From NCBI GenBank assembly GCA_003971905.1, contig RSEE01000052.1, positions 481,870 to 501,869 on the forward strand: a stretch of 20,000 bases of DNA, in the 5' to 3' direction. The translations under genes were made by a program, and so were the position numbers. Numbering within the stretch: position 1 is the stretch's first letter; each line of letters opens with the position of its first letter. This stretch comes from Moniliella sp. 'wahieum'. Taxonomy: Eukaryota. Of the stretch, positions 1-9,764 are shown piece by piece. A model generated the notes under the pieces. That model saw only the letters and a list, made by a program, of their open reading frames with translations, did not search any database and was not told where the DNA came from.

Positions 1-963
1 GGTCTGATGTGGTGGAAGATGATTGACCCGGGCTGCCCGAATCCACAATCTGGAACAGACCCGTCGGCCCGGCAACGACCACGGTGCCGACAGAGGGTGG
101 ATGGCCAGGTACGCCGGCCCGCCGGGCGCAGCAAACGGGACGGACGCCAAGGAGCGGAAGGAACGCATGTCGGTCACCTTGACAAACGGCTCGGCCACGG
201 GGTGGCCCAGACGAATGGTCCAGCCCACCGAGTAGACCAAGTTGCCCTCGGCCGCCAAGTCGATCAGCCCGCCGGGGTGGGACGCCATGCGGTGCACCGA
301 GCGCAGCGTGCGCGGGTCGCGGAACTGCAGCTGGCCGACTGAGTGCCGGAAACAATGTAGCGCCCGGCGCTGCGCATGTGCGTAATGGGCGCGTCCGACT
401 CGGCAGGAACCTTGTTGACCACACGCCCGCTCGACTTGGCCACCGCCAGCAGCACGTCGTCGGGGCCGGGGCCGGCGGAGGAGGAAGCAGCCAGCTGGTA
501 CGACGCGCGGCCGCGATCAGCTCGCTGGCGCCGGCGGGACCATTGTCGCACATGGCGGCGAGGCGGAGCGAAGGCACGCCAGCCTCGGCGGTGGAGACGG
601 ACCAGCGGGCGACGCCGCGGCGGTGGGCGGCATGGATGCCGCGCGGGCTGGCACTGAACATGAGGCGCTCGTCGGGCAGGATGGGAGACGGGCGCGTGGG
701 GGAGCGCAACGACGGGTCGGGCGTGCTCGCGCGGGCGGTGGGCAGCGAGGAAGCGCGTGTAGGGCTCGAGGGTCGAGCCAAAGTAGCTGGACGCGGCCGT
801 CGGCATCGGCGGCCCAGAGCAGCTCGGAGGGGGGTCGAAGGCGGTGCAGGTGATGGGCGGCAGGGCGGCGGCGGCGGCCTGGCTCGGGCGCGCCGGGACG
901 GAGGGGCGGGCCGGCGGCGGCGGCACACTCGGCCCAGCCATCGACGCCGAGCGCAGCTTGCAT
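1..963 (-). CDS. PAN2: PAN2-PAN3 deadenylase catalytic subunit PAN2, N-terminal WD40 region (partial: continues beyond left edge; several apparent frameshifts)
   Basis: Minus-strand peptides stitched across frames: MQAALGVDGWAEC (ATG at 963); ITCTAFDPP-SELLWAADADGRV-SSYFGSTLEPYTRF; PITHMRSAGRYIVSGTQS-GQLQFRDPRTLRSVHRMASHPGGLIDLAAEGNLVYSVGWTIRLGHPVAEPFVKVTDMRSFRSLASVPFAAPGGPAYLAIHP. These match, as recalled, the fungal Pan2 beta-propeller blocks (FD..ELLW, GRV.S.YG..L..YT.F, DP.VKV.D.R, GP.F..IHP). Start codon is inferred. Confidence 0.88.
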
Positions 964-1103
964 GGCGTCGGCGCTCGGATCGCTGCTCTCGGCGCTCGCA
1001 GCCTCCGACGCGTCCCGCCCGAGGAGAGGTCTGCTGGGCGACGGGGGGGGGCGGTGGTTGCTTATGTCAGCCCGGTGCAGTAGGGTTGGGCAATGGGGAT
1101 GGC

Positions 1104-1141
1104 TGACGTCATCGTCCGTCACGTGCCCATTGGATCACGTG
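1104..1141. promoter_or_regulatory. Motif cluster in the PAN2/LEU5 divergent promoter: CRE palindrome, two RTCACGTG E-boxes and an inverted CCAAT box
   Basis: TGACGTCA 1104-1111, GTCACGTG 1118-1125, ATTGG 1129-1133, ATCACGTG 1134-1141, all inside the ~400-bp head-to-head intergenic region. Confidence 0.55.
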
Positions 1142-1325
1142 GTCCATGAGGTCCCGGCCCTCCCCCGGCCCGGTTGGCCCGGTGGCCGGGGGCCCGCTGT
1201 CTTGGACGGCCTCTCTCGCGGCCTGCCACCCCACCGCATCCCGGCGGGACGGGTGGAGTTGGCCTGAGGCCGTCGGCCTCGGGGCGTGGCGAGACTGCCA
1301 GCCACGACGACGCCGGCGTCCATCC

Positions 1326-1368
1326 CCACCACCACCACCACCATCAGCAACCCCCCCCCCCCCCCACC
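1326..1368 (+). repeat. (CCA)n microsatellite plus poly-C tract immediately before the LEU5 start
   Basis: ccaccaccaccaccaccatcagcaa followed by C15 (1351-1365) and then accATG. Confidence 0.8.
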
Positions 1369-2797
1369 ATGGTTGCGCCTCCGCCTCTGCTCGAGGTCGC
1401 CTGCCACTCGATGTGCGCAACCCCGCGCTCTGTGAGACGGACCAGGTCCATGGCCCCCGAAGCGGTCCAGGACATTGAGGCTGAGTTCCACGGCCTCCAT
1501 GCCCCTCCGCGCCCCCGCGCTGTAGGAAACGAGGGCAGCCTGCGGCGCCACCTTGGACACTCCGACAGCTGTCTGTCGAGCGCGCCGGAGGACAAGACCT
1601 CCCTTTCCTACGTCTTCGCTCGGGACTGGCCGGGGGCATCGCTGGTGTGCGGCCAAGACGAGTGTCGCTCCGCTGGATCGCATCAAGATCCTGTTCCAAG
1701 CGCGCAACCCTGACTTTTCAGCGTATGCCGGGCGCTGACTGGGGTCGTGTACGCGGCGAGGGATATTGTGCAAACGCAAGGCGCTGGTGCCTTGTTCCAA
1801 GGCACAGTGCCACCTTGCTCCGCTTTCCCTCGCTGCGATCAAATACATGGCCCCCGACAAGCTCCATTTCCTCCTCATGCCCACCGAGGACAAGGAGACT
1901 CGACTCGTCTCTTCCTCGCTGGCTCGGCCTCGGGTGTGCTCTCCGTCTTGTGCACCTACCCGCTCGAACATTCGCGTTCGCTTGGCGTTTGAAACCAAGC
2001 GCCACCATCGCATGGCGACCTGCTCCGCATCGTCCGCACCATCTACGCGAGGGCTCTACCGCCGCGTCCTTTTAGGGTGATGTGCGGAAAAGAGACAGGT
2101 GCACATACCGGCCCGTGGGCACACCCATCTTCCTCCCACCACCGCTGTCCATATACCAACAGCACGCATGGTCTTCTCGGCCGCATCCGCGCCCACGTTT
2201 CCAGGAACGCACGTACCAGCGCCCAGCATGTCGTTGGCACCTCGGGTCTCCGGCCACCTCCATCCAAACATACGGCTGTCGCGAGCCAGGAGATGTGACT
2301 CACTTCCCCCTCCTCAAATCTATCGTGGCTTAGCGTCACGGTCATGGGCATGATCCCATACGCAGGCACCGCGTTCCTCGTCTTTGGCCGGACCAAAAAC
2401 GGGCTCCATGCGTATTTGCCACGGAGAACCGACGAAGGATCCAACCAGCAAGACGGTGCAAGATCTGGTGGCCGGCGGTATTGCTGGAGCCATCTCGCAA
2501 ACGGCTGCCTACCCATTTGAAGTCATTCGTCGATGCCAACAGATCGGGGGCAAGACGAGGCCCACGGAGCTAGTCGGGAATTGGCGAAACGGCTCGATGG
2601 ATTTATCGCACGTCGGGCTGGCGCGGGTTTTACGTTGGCTTGAGCATTGGCATGTTAAGGTGATGCCCATGACGGCTGTCAGGTACGTTCTCCCTCTCAC
2701 TTTTCCTCCATCTGCTTGGCGAGGGCTAGCGCTAACCTGCCGATTTCGTCTTAGCTTTACTACTTGGCTGGCAGTGAAACGCCAGATGGGCATCTGA
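1369..2797 (+). CDS. LEU5: Mitochondrial carrier family protein, coenzyme A transporter (Leu5/SLC25A16-like); one intron at 2683-2754; multiple apparent frameshifts
   Basis: Three carrier repeats with Px[D/E]xx[K/R] signatures in shifting frames: [82 protein letters not shown]. Also [28 protein letters not shown] and [14 protein letters not shown]. The [24 protein letters not shown] and [10 protein letters not shown] blocks are typical of fungal Leu5. TGA at 2795-2797; ATG at 1369 is inferred. Confidence 0.9.
2683..2754 (+). other. Spliceosomal intron in LEU5 (72 nt)
   Basis: AG|GTACGT donor at 2683, GCTAAC branch site 2731-2736, TTAG acceptor ending 2754. Splicing restores P-M-T-A-V-S-F-T-T-W. 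Confidence 0.9.
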
Positions 2798-5700
2798 ACG
2801 TTTAACCCGTTGCATTGGCCCCCTATCGCCAACGAGAGGTCCGAGCATGTGGCCACCAACCAGCTATATAATACGCACAACCCGGTCGATCTCTGCATTC
2901 CTTCGCGCGCTCTGCCCTTGCCATGGCCTACAGCAGCCCACCCTCGCTGACATGTTGTTCGCTTGAGGACACGAGGCTCTGGACACGCGCCTCACTCCCC
3001 GTCTTTCCCCCTGTACTGTACGGCACTCCGCCCTGGCGGTACCCCCCACCTTGACAAGCAGACCAGACATCTCGTGTCAGTGTACTTTCCTCCTGGGTCA
3101 TGCTTCGCTTGTCTTCTGGACACTGCAGGATGGGACATTATAGGCATGAACCCATGACCGTCGGGCACAGCCGTCTTTCCTCACTTTTGTTTTACTGTGC
3201 ACCTTCGTTCATCGCTCACCTTGCACCGAGAGGGGGTCTATAATACACCGTACTCACCAGCGTCTTCAGGGGCCGCAGCTTCTTATACTTTGATTGCATA
3301 TTGCGTTGCACCACGCAGATTTTTTTCGTGCCATCTTCCTTCGGATGGTCAGTTTCGTAGGTAACCAGGGGACAGCTTTGTGCTAGGTTGAAAAAACGTG
3401 AAACAGGGGAGGCACGGTGCGGGATCAAAACCATCGACCCCGGTGGCCCGGTGGTCAACGGGCCAATGGTGGAGAGAGACGGAGAGGAGGCTTTCGGGAA
3501 GCTAGTACGAATCTCGTCAAGCGGGTGCAAGACCATTCCCTGGTGGCCCCATCATTTGCGCCCATCATTTGCTAGGATACCTGTCGTTGTCGCTCTGCGC
3601 GCCACGAACGCCAATCCAACAAAACCTATATGACCTTGAACAACTACTAAGAGATTCATTCTCTGCCACGCGCGATTCCTTATCCCTAGGGCGTGTTTTC
3701 CCTCGCCGTTAACTGGGACGAAAAACATCAAGCAGTGCAAAGCGCCACAAAGTCAGCACCATCGGGGTACTCAATTCTTCTGCCACGGCGCGAGCTGATT
3801 CGTCGTCCAACACAGCTCAGGACGCGGTACGAATCCATTTTGACTGAGCCCAGACAGTTTCGCTTCTGAGGACGAAGCTCGTTGCTGTGGCTCAGAGGTC
3901 CAAACTCACTTCTCGGCACAACAGGACAACTTGCGTACGATGCATGCCCCTTGCTCACCTCGGTTGGCTACTGATCGTGCAAGGCGTGACCGACTCGACG
4001 TTCTAGCAGCTCGCAGCTTGTTGTGCTTCTCTGCAGTGCGCGAGCACCTCACCGTCGCCAAAGGAAATGACCACCGAACCCACCACTGCGCCCGAACGAT
4101 TCGCAACTAACTATGTTCACGAGCGTGGCGGATTGATTATGGATTGTGAACTCACCGCGATGATCTTGACTTGTCGCCGAACGAGTTCTCTTCGTCATGA
4201 ACCAGACCACCACAGAGGCACCTCGAAGAAAACCGTGCTGCCGCAGCGGCGGTAGCCCGTACCACTCTGCAGGAGGCCAAACTGGTGGCCAAGCACACCG
4301 TGCGCATTGCAGCCTTAATTGATTTTGGCCGCGATCGCCACGGACCGTGATGCTCGAGTATGGTGGAACGGCCGCGTCTGTGAAGCTACTCGGACTGTAC
4401 TTAGGTGTCAAAACTCCAGCAGTCCGAGGGTACGTCGTCCCTGGCTAGAGTCAGGCCGAGCCAAGTTCATGCGCGAGGGCGACGCGCTGCGCGCTGGCAT
4501 CTGGCGGTTTCTGCGCGGGATGAAAGACCTGACGTGATGACGGTGCCGTTATGCCGTAGTACCCGTGCACTGCGTCTGATACCCCAGTGTCGGTGCCCAC
4601 CGTGTGTTGGGTCTCGGGCTTGTTAGCAATCGTTTGCCTATGCTCGCACCCAGGCCAACGCGGCCCCCCAGACTCATGGTCTTGCACCTGGTCGTCGACA
4701 CATGGCCTCCCTGGTGTACTTGGTCCCCATATTGATGCGAGAAAGGATGCGCTGTGCCAGTTAACCAACTAGCGGGGTGTTGGTTCATCGACGCTCTGCT
4801 GCTATCGCTTTCCGAGAAAACCACAGCACTGCCCGGGTCGACTAACCCGATCGAGGGCAAGCGGGCCCGAGTTTGCTCGCTGGTTCCTTCGAATTATGAA
4901 CCTGTCCCGACTCCGACGCCGGTTTTCGCTACAAAGCAATGCACTTTCATTCCTGATTCACTTACACCTCTCTGGGGCCGGGAGTGGACTGTGCCCGCCG
5001 CGCTACGACGATTGCGGCTGCGCGGCACGTCGCGTCACTTGAGTTTATGGTGTGTTTGGCGTATGGGGGAATGCCGTGTCTTCCCTCTGGCGCGGTAGTC
5101 GACAACAAAAGAAAGTTGAGACAAAGTGTCGTGTTGTGTGTGGCAGTCGTCGTCGTATAGTTGCCCGTTCTTTTCCCACAGACTAATTTCTTCTCTATGT
5201 TCCCTCTTTTCCAAATGTCTTTTGTTTTTTCTCTCTGGCCTTGGTCTTGGTCTCGCCTCTCTTTCCCCCCTTCCTTTCCCCTCTTCGTTTCTTTGGTATA
5301 CTACACCTACAATCTCACATACTATCTGTCACGGGCTGTACGGAGCTCACCCAGGTTTGTGGGATGCAGTCCCTTTTAACACGGAAGAAGAGACTTCCGG
5401 TAGTTTCGTGCTTGAGCTGCCACAATAGTTGTTGGATCCGAGTGGGGCTCGGGACAAGGAGGTTGGTTTCTCGGCGTATGTAGTATTGATCGTGGATGAA
5501 GCCTTCAGTGGATTTTCTCATCAGGACTTGGGCACGCGGAGAGGAAGCTGGGGCTGGACTGGGAAAGGATTCAGCGTGGAGAGGCCCCGCGCCGTATTGG
5601 GGCTGGCTCCCGGGGCTAGTGGTAATCAAATCTCTGGAAATCGGCAGGTGGTGAACAGAACAATGACAGAATAAGAGTTGGTGAAAATGAAAGGCGGGGA

Positions 5701-5856
5701 AAGATCCCCTCCCACATCACCGGGGGTGCCAGCTATACTCGATGATCTAAAAGGGAAAATAGAAGCAATAGAAAGCTAGGAGGGATTCACGGCGTATAAG
5801 AAACTAATATGGGAGACGGCGGCTAGTGGTTGTGTCAGTTGATTGAAGAGTGGAGG

Positions 5857-5892
5857 GAGCACGAAGTCGAGCACCAAGTCGAGCACCAAGTC
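5857..5892. repeat. 12-bp tandem repeat, 3 copies GAGCAC(C/G)AAGTC
   Basis: Read directly at 5857-5868, 5869-5880 and 5881-5892. Confidence 0.85.
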
Positions 5893-6192
5893 GGACAACA
5901 GTTTGAAGGCAAGTGATTGAAGCCAAAAAAGGTGAGCACCGGAAAAGAGACCAAGCAAAAGCTACTAAGCAAGCCTCAAGCAACGTAAACGCCATCGAGT
6001 GAGTTACTCTATCTTACCACATGCATCACACAGCTCATGCAAAGGACCACAACCGCCCGCTGCAAATGCATTCGCTGCTTCACATGTGCATTGATACACT
6101 AAGTGCCCACCCCCGGCCACTTCGTCCGGGCGGGAATCGGGGTGACAGGAGTGCATAGATTGAGCGTTCAGGGTTCAGAGACTGAGACGTGT

Positions 6193-6220
6193 GTACTGAG
6201 TACTGAGTACTGAGTACTGA
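6193..6220. repeat. Heptamer microsatellite (GTACTGA)4
   Basis: Four exact copies read directly. Confidence 0.9.
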
Positions 6221-7146
6221 CAGTCCACAAGTTGAACAATGTTGTGGTGGACGCATATGAAAGAAGTTGCACGGGGATATCTGTTACGGGCGCGAAGGCG
6301 GGTGGCCCGCCGCGAGCCCATCCTTTCCCCTAGTATCCCTTGCCTGGGTTATAGGTCTACGTCAAGACTAGTCTCAATTGATTGAAGTTGAGAAAACCCA
6401 TACGCTCCATCGTGTCCAAAAGGGAGCATGCTCCCAAGACCAGATCAACGTTCACATCCCTTTCGTACGGCCGAAGTGGTCCATGCGTGTGGTTCTGAGT
6501 CCCTGATCGTACTAGTTATCCGACTTCACAATGAGTCTTTGGTATTTGATTCTTGGACGCAAGTGAGTGCTAAGCTGAGCCTCCGGACCTGCACGTCAGC
6601 TGCTTCTGATGTGAGTGTCTCGATTTCGTTGGGAGACTCTCCCCGGCTCATGCCTTTTTTACGTTTCTAGTTGAGGGCGGAGAACCTGTCATGTACCTCG
6701 GGCATTTCCGGTTTGACTGTGTTCCCATTTCTGGCTGCGAGGGAGTGTTTTCCTCTTTCTCCGTTGGGTAGTTGTCTATCCCTTAATCCTGCCTGTATAA
6801 CCCTTCATTCATGATCCTTTCCCCCCAACGGTTCATTTCTTCTTTTCCTTCGTCTTCTTCTTCTTCTTCATCTTAGTCGTTCGCGCTTCATCCCTTCCTT
6901 TCGCCTTTTGTCCCTGTACAACATCCTTTGCCAATTCATCCCCTTGACCAATCAATCCACTCTCATGTTACTCTAGTTCGCCAGCAGTCCTACGGACCTA
7001 CTGCTCCCAGACGCCACCTGTTGGTTTTTCGGTATTCTTTTTTCGATCGGGCATCCACATTGCGGTCAATATCTAGCGTTCAGTCTATACTGTCCACGGA
7101 TCCGGCGGCCATCATACAAGAGTTGTGAATGGTTCTGTCAGACAGA

Positions 7147-7184
7147 ACTTGTCCTACCTGCTCCCTAAGGACTTGTCCTACCTG
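7147..7184. repeat. 14-bp direct repeat ACTTGTCCTACCTG, two copies 24 bp apart
   Basis: Copies at 7147-7160 and 7171-7184. Confidence 0.8.
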
Positions 7185-8424
7185 TTCAACCTTTTGGCCA
7201 ACCCTTCAGAACCACGGACTCCAAGCACGTTAGTCCCGCTCGTTCCGGTGCATACGTATAACCTTGCCGCACGTGTCGAAAAGTACTAATGTCCCAATGA
7301 AGAGGCCTCGCCTCGTCTCTAGCGAGCAAGATTCGGTTGGATCTTCCAATAGTGTTCCGGCTCGATCAACCATGAATAGCCAGTGTATATCCCTCAAGGA
7401 AATCAGACCCCTAAAAGCTATGGTTCGGGCTCGAGTCCGGGGCCCGCCCATGACAGTATCGGAGTGTTGTGTTTTTGATTCCTCGGCCAGAGGTATGAGC
7501 CAGGGTGAGATCGGCGAAGCTTGGACCCATGCCCCGTCACGGAAACTAATAGCGAACAGCAGTTGGATCTATTATCATGTCTGCAACTTCCATGATCGGC
7601 CATGCCGCTGATGGCAAGCACAGAAGGACTGACTGCAATTTTCCGTGACTCGCGTGCTCCAGATTAGATATGGCCGCGTCTCGTTCCCCTCCTTCCTTTT
7701 CTCCCTGTTGCACGGAAGGTCAGACTAGCGTCACGAGTTTACAAGAAGCTGTAGAAGACTAGTAGTGTGAAGGCAGTTAATTGGGTATTGCATTGCACAT
7801 GAGCCACAGATGAGGCTAGAAACTACTCTTGCCCTCCAGGAAGGAATATTGGAAGAAATGAACCGGAAGGTTCCGGGCTTGGGCTTCCGTCGCCACTACA
7901 CAAGTACGGCGTCACATCACCACCAGCCCAAGGACGCTAGCGACGGGTTTCCCTCAATCTCTCGAGCTCAATCTCCACCACAACCTATATAGGCACGGGA
8001 GTGGCCAGGTGCGGGGAGATCCGGGATATAGGACCCAGTCGCGGTCACGCAGTGGCTCCAGGACCTTGTATCCCAGGCTCTTGGTGCGGAGGTCGGAACG
8101 TTGTCCACACCCTTGACTGTTTCCGTCCTGCACAGCGCAAATCGTCCTTGCTTGGTATAGCGTGAAGCTAGCCACTTGTCAGTTAACCGACGTTAGGCGT
8201 TGACGGTCACCACCTACCCGGCTCCAAGTTGTCATTAATCGTGGGCGTGACCGATTTACCGCGCTCGCTCATTTTGATCGCTCTGTAACTAGTAAAGCTT
8301 AAAGCACCTTGCCCCGCCCCCATTCTTTCGCCCTGGAATGGCGAGCGGGGTTCAAGACGTTCAAGTTTCAAGCTTCACTTTGATCAATGAAGCCTTGGAG
8401 CTGGGAAGCGCAGTCGGGGGGTTC

Positions 8425-8472
8425 GTCTCAGATCAGAGTTGCGTGTCTCAGATCAGAGGGGATGGTCTCAGA
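8425..8472. repeat. GTCTCAGA(TCAGAG) direct repeats at an exact 20-bp period
   Basis: GTCTCAGATCAGAG at 8425 and 8445 and GTCTCAGA at 8465, with different spacer bases. Confidence 0.8.
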
Positions 8473-8522
8473 CTGTCATCGGTGACCGGTGAGCGCAGAG
8501 TGTATTAAGCTTTGGGCGTTGG

Positions 8523-8549
8523 GTTACGCGTTACGCGTTACGCGTTACG
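8523..8549. repeat. Heptamer microsatellite (GTTACGC)~4
   Basis: Three exact copies plus GTTACG; creates three ACGCGT palindromes. Confidence 0.9.
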
Positions 8550-9486
8550 GCAGGGGAACAGTGAATTAGTGAAACGTGAAGGGCTGCGAGGTGCCGGGCT
8601 GCCACTGTGCTTTGCAGCTGCTCTGGAACCTGCTGCCAGGTGCCACTGGGTGGAGTGTGGATGTGACCCGTGCACGCAGGAGCGCAGGAGCGCTGTGGAT
8701 GACATCATGCATCATGCATCCCCATCAAATTTCAAAGCTGGTCTCAGTGTGGGATCTGAGATCGATCACATGCATAGTGGACCGGCCACCTCCCGGCCAC
8801 TAGGCACTCCCGGCCACACCAAGGCGCCCGCGACTCTGTGCCACCTGGCCACCCGACCAGGGATGCAGGAATCGTAGGGTTGCTCGTTAGCAGGGCGCAG
8901 TCTGGCGGAGTGGTAAGGCTAACGTCTGACAGGGACAAAGCGCCAGAGGCTAGACCGGAGGGACGGTCGAACGGAGGAGGTACATAGCAGGCCACCCAGT
9001 CGACGTGGTTTGTTTTTTTATTGCTGAGATGTGAGATCTCAGGGCGGAGTACGGCGTGACGACTGGGTACGTAGCGCACAAGGGCTACAATCAATACAGG
9101 GGCGGCGTTGCGTGGTTGGGACTGGGGGGCAGCGTGCACAAGGCCAGGGCGGAGAAGCGGCAGGTATAGCCGCTGAGGCGCTGAGGATGCGGCCACTAGC
9201 TCCCTGTGTGAATATTGAATGGGGATGGATGAGAGGATGGATGAGGGTACATTGATGTGGGGACGGTGGCGGAGGGTGGTGCTGTGGGATGCATGTGATG
9301 TGGCTGGGGTGCCTGTGATGCATGTGACAGGAGTGAGTAACTAGTGACATGGTGACACGGGACAGCGGCAGAGTGCTGGTGAGTGGGCGGCGTGCGATTC
9401 ACAATGCTGGGCAGCTGCTTGGGAGCGTCCCGCTTTCGGCTGCTGGCTGCCGCGTGCGCGTTGAGGTGCTAGCCGATAGGCGCTGC

Positions 9487-9514
9487 ACGTTGGACGTTGG
9501 ACGTTGGACGTTGG
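9487..9514. repeat. Heptamer microsatellite (ACGTTGG)4
   Basis: Four exact copies, about 250 bp upstream of the transcription factor ATG. Confidence 0.9.
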
Positions 9515-9764
9515 GGTGGCGACACACGGTGTACTCCGAAGCGCAACCCAGCGTGTCGAGCTTACGCTTGAGCGTACGCTTGACGCTTCTTGCACACCAA
9601 CCCTACTGCGCAACACAGCCCCCCAGCAGATCGTACATCCTCCCCTCCGTCTTCCCTCCGCTCCGCCCCAGGCTGCTGGACCAGCACGCCGTCTGAGCAT
9701 CAGCCAGCACGCCCACCCAGCAGCTCGTCCGCCGCCATCCGCTCCCCCCCCCACCTTCTCCGCC

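Noticed and set aside
1174..1368. His6/Pro-rich N-terminal extension of LEU5 (HPHHHHHHQQPPPPP)
   Set aside because: It comes from a (CCA)n/poly-C tract upstream of the first good-context ATG (1369), and the ORF-track start at 1174 is TTG. Probably 5' UTR.
7..2516. Long Arg/Gly/Pro/Ala-rich ORFs antisense to or out of frame with PAN2 and LEU5 (e.g. 378..1106, 1135..2013)
   Set aside because: Shadow ORFs expected in high-GC coding DNA; no independent motifs.
5100..7600. Intact LTR retrotransposon or DNA transposon
   Set aside because: No terminal repeats, target-site duplication, or gag/RT/integrase/transposase motifs were found by eye.
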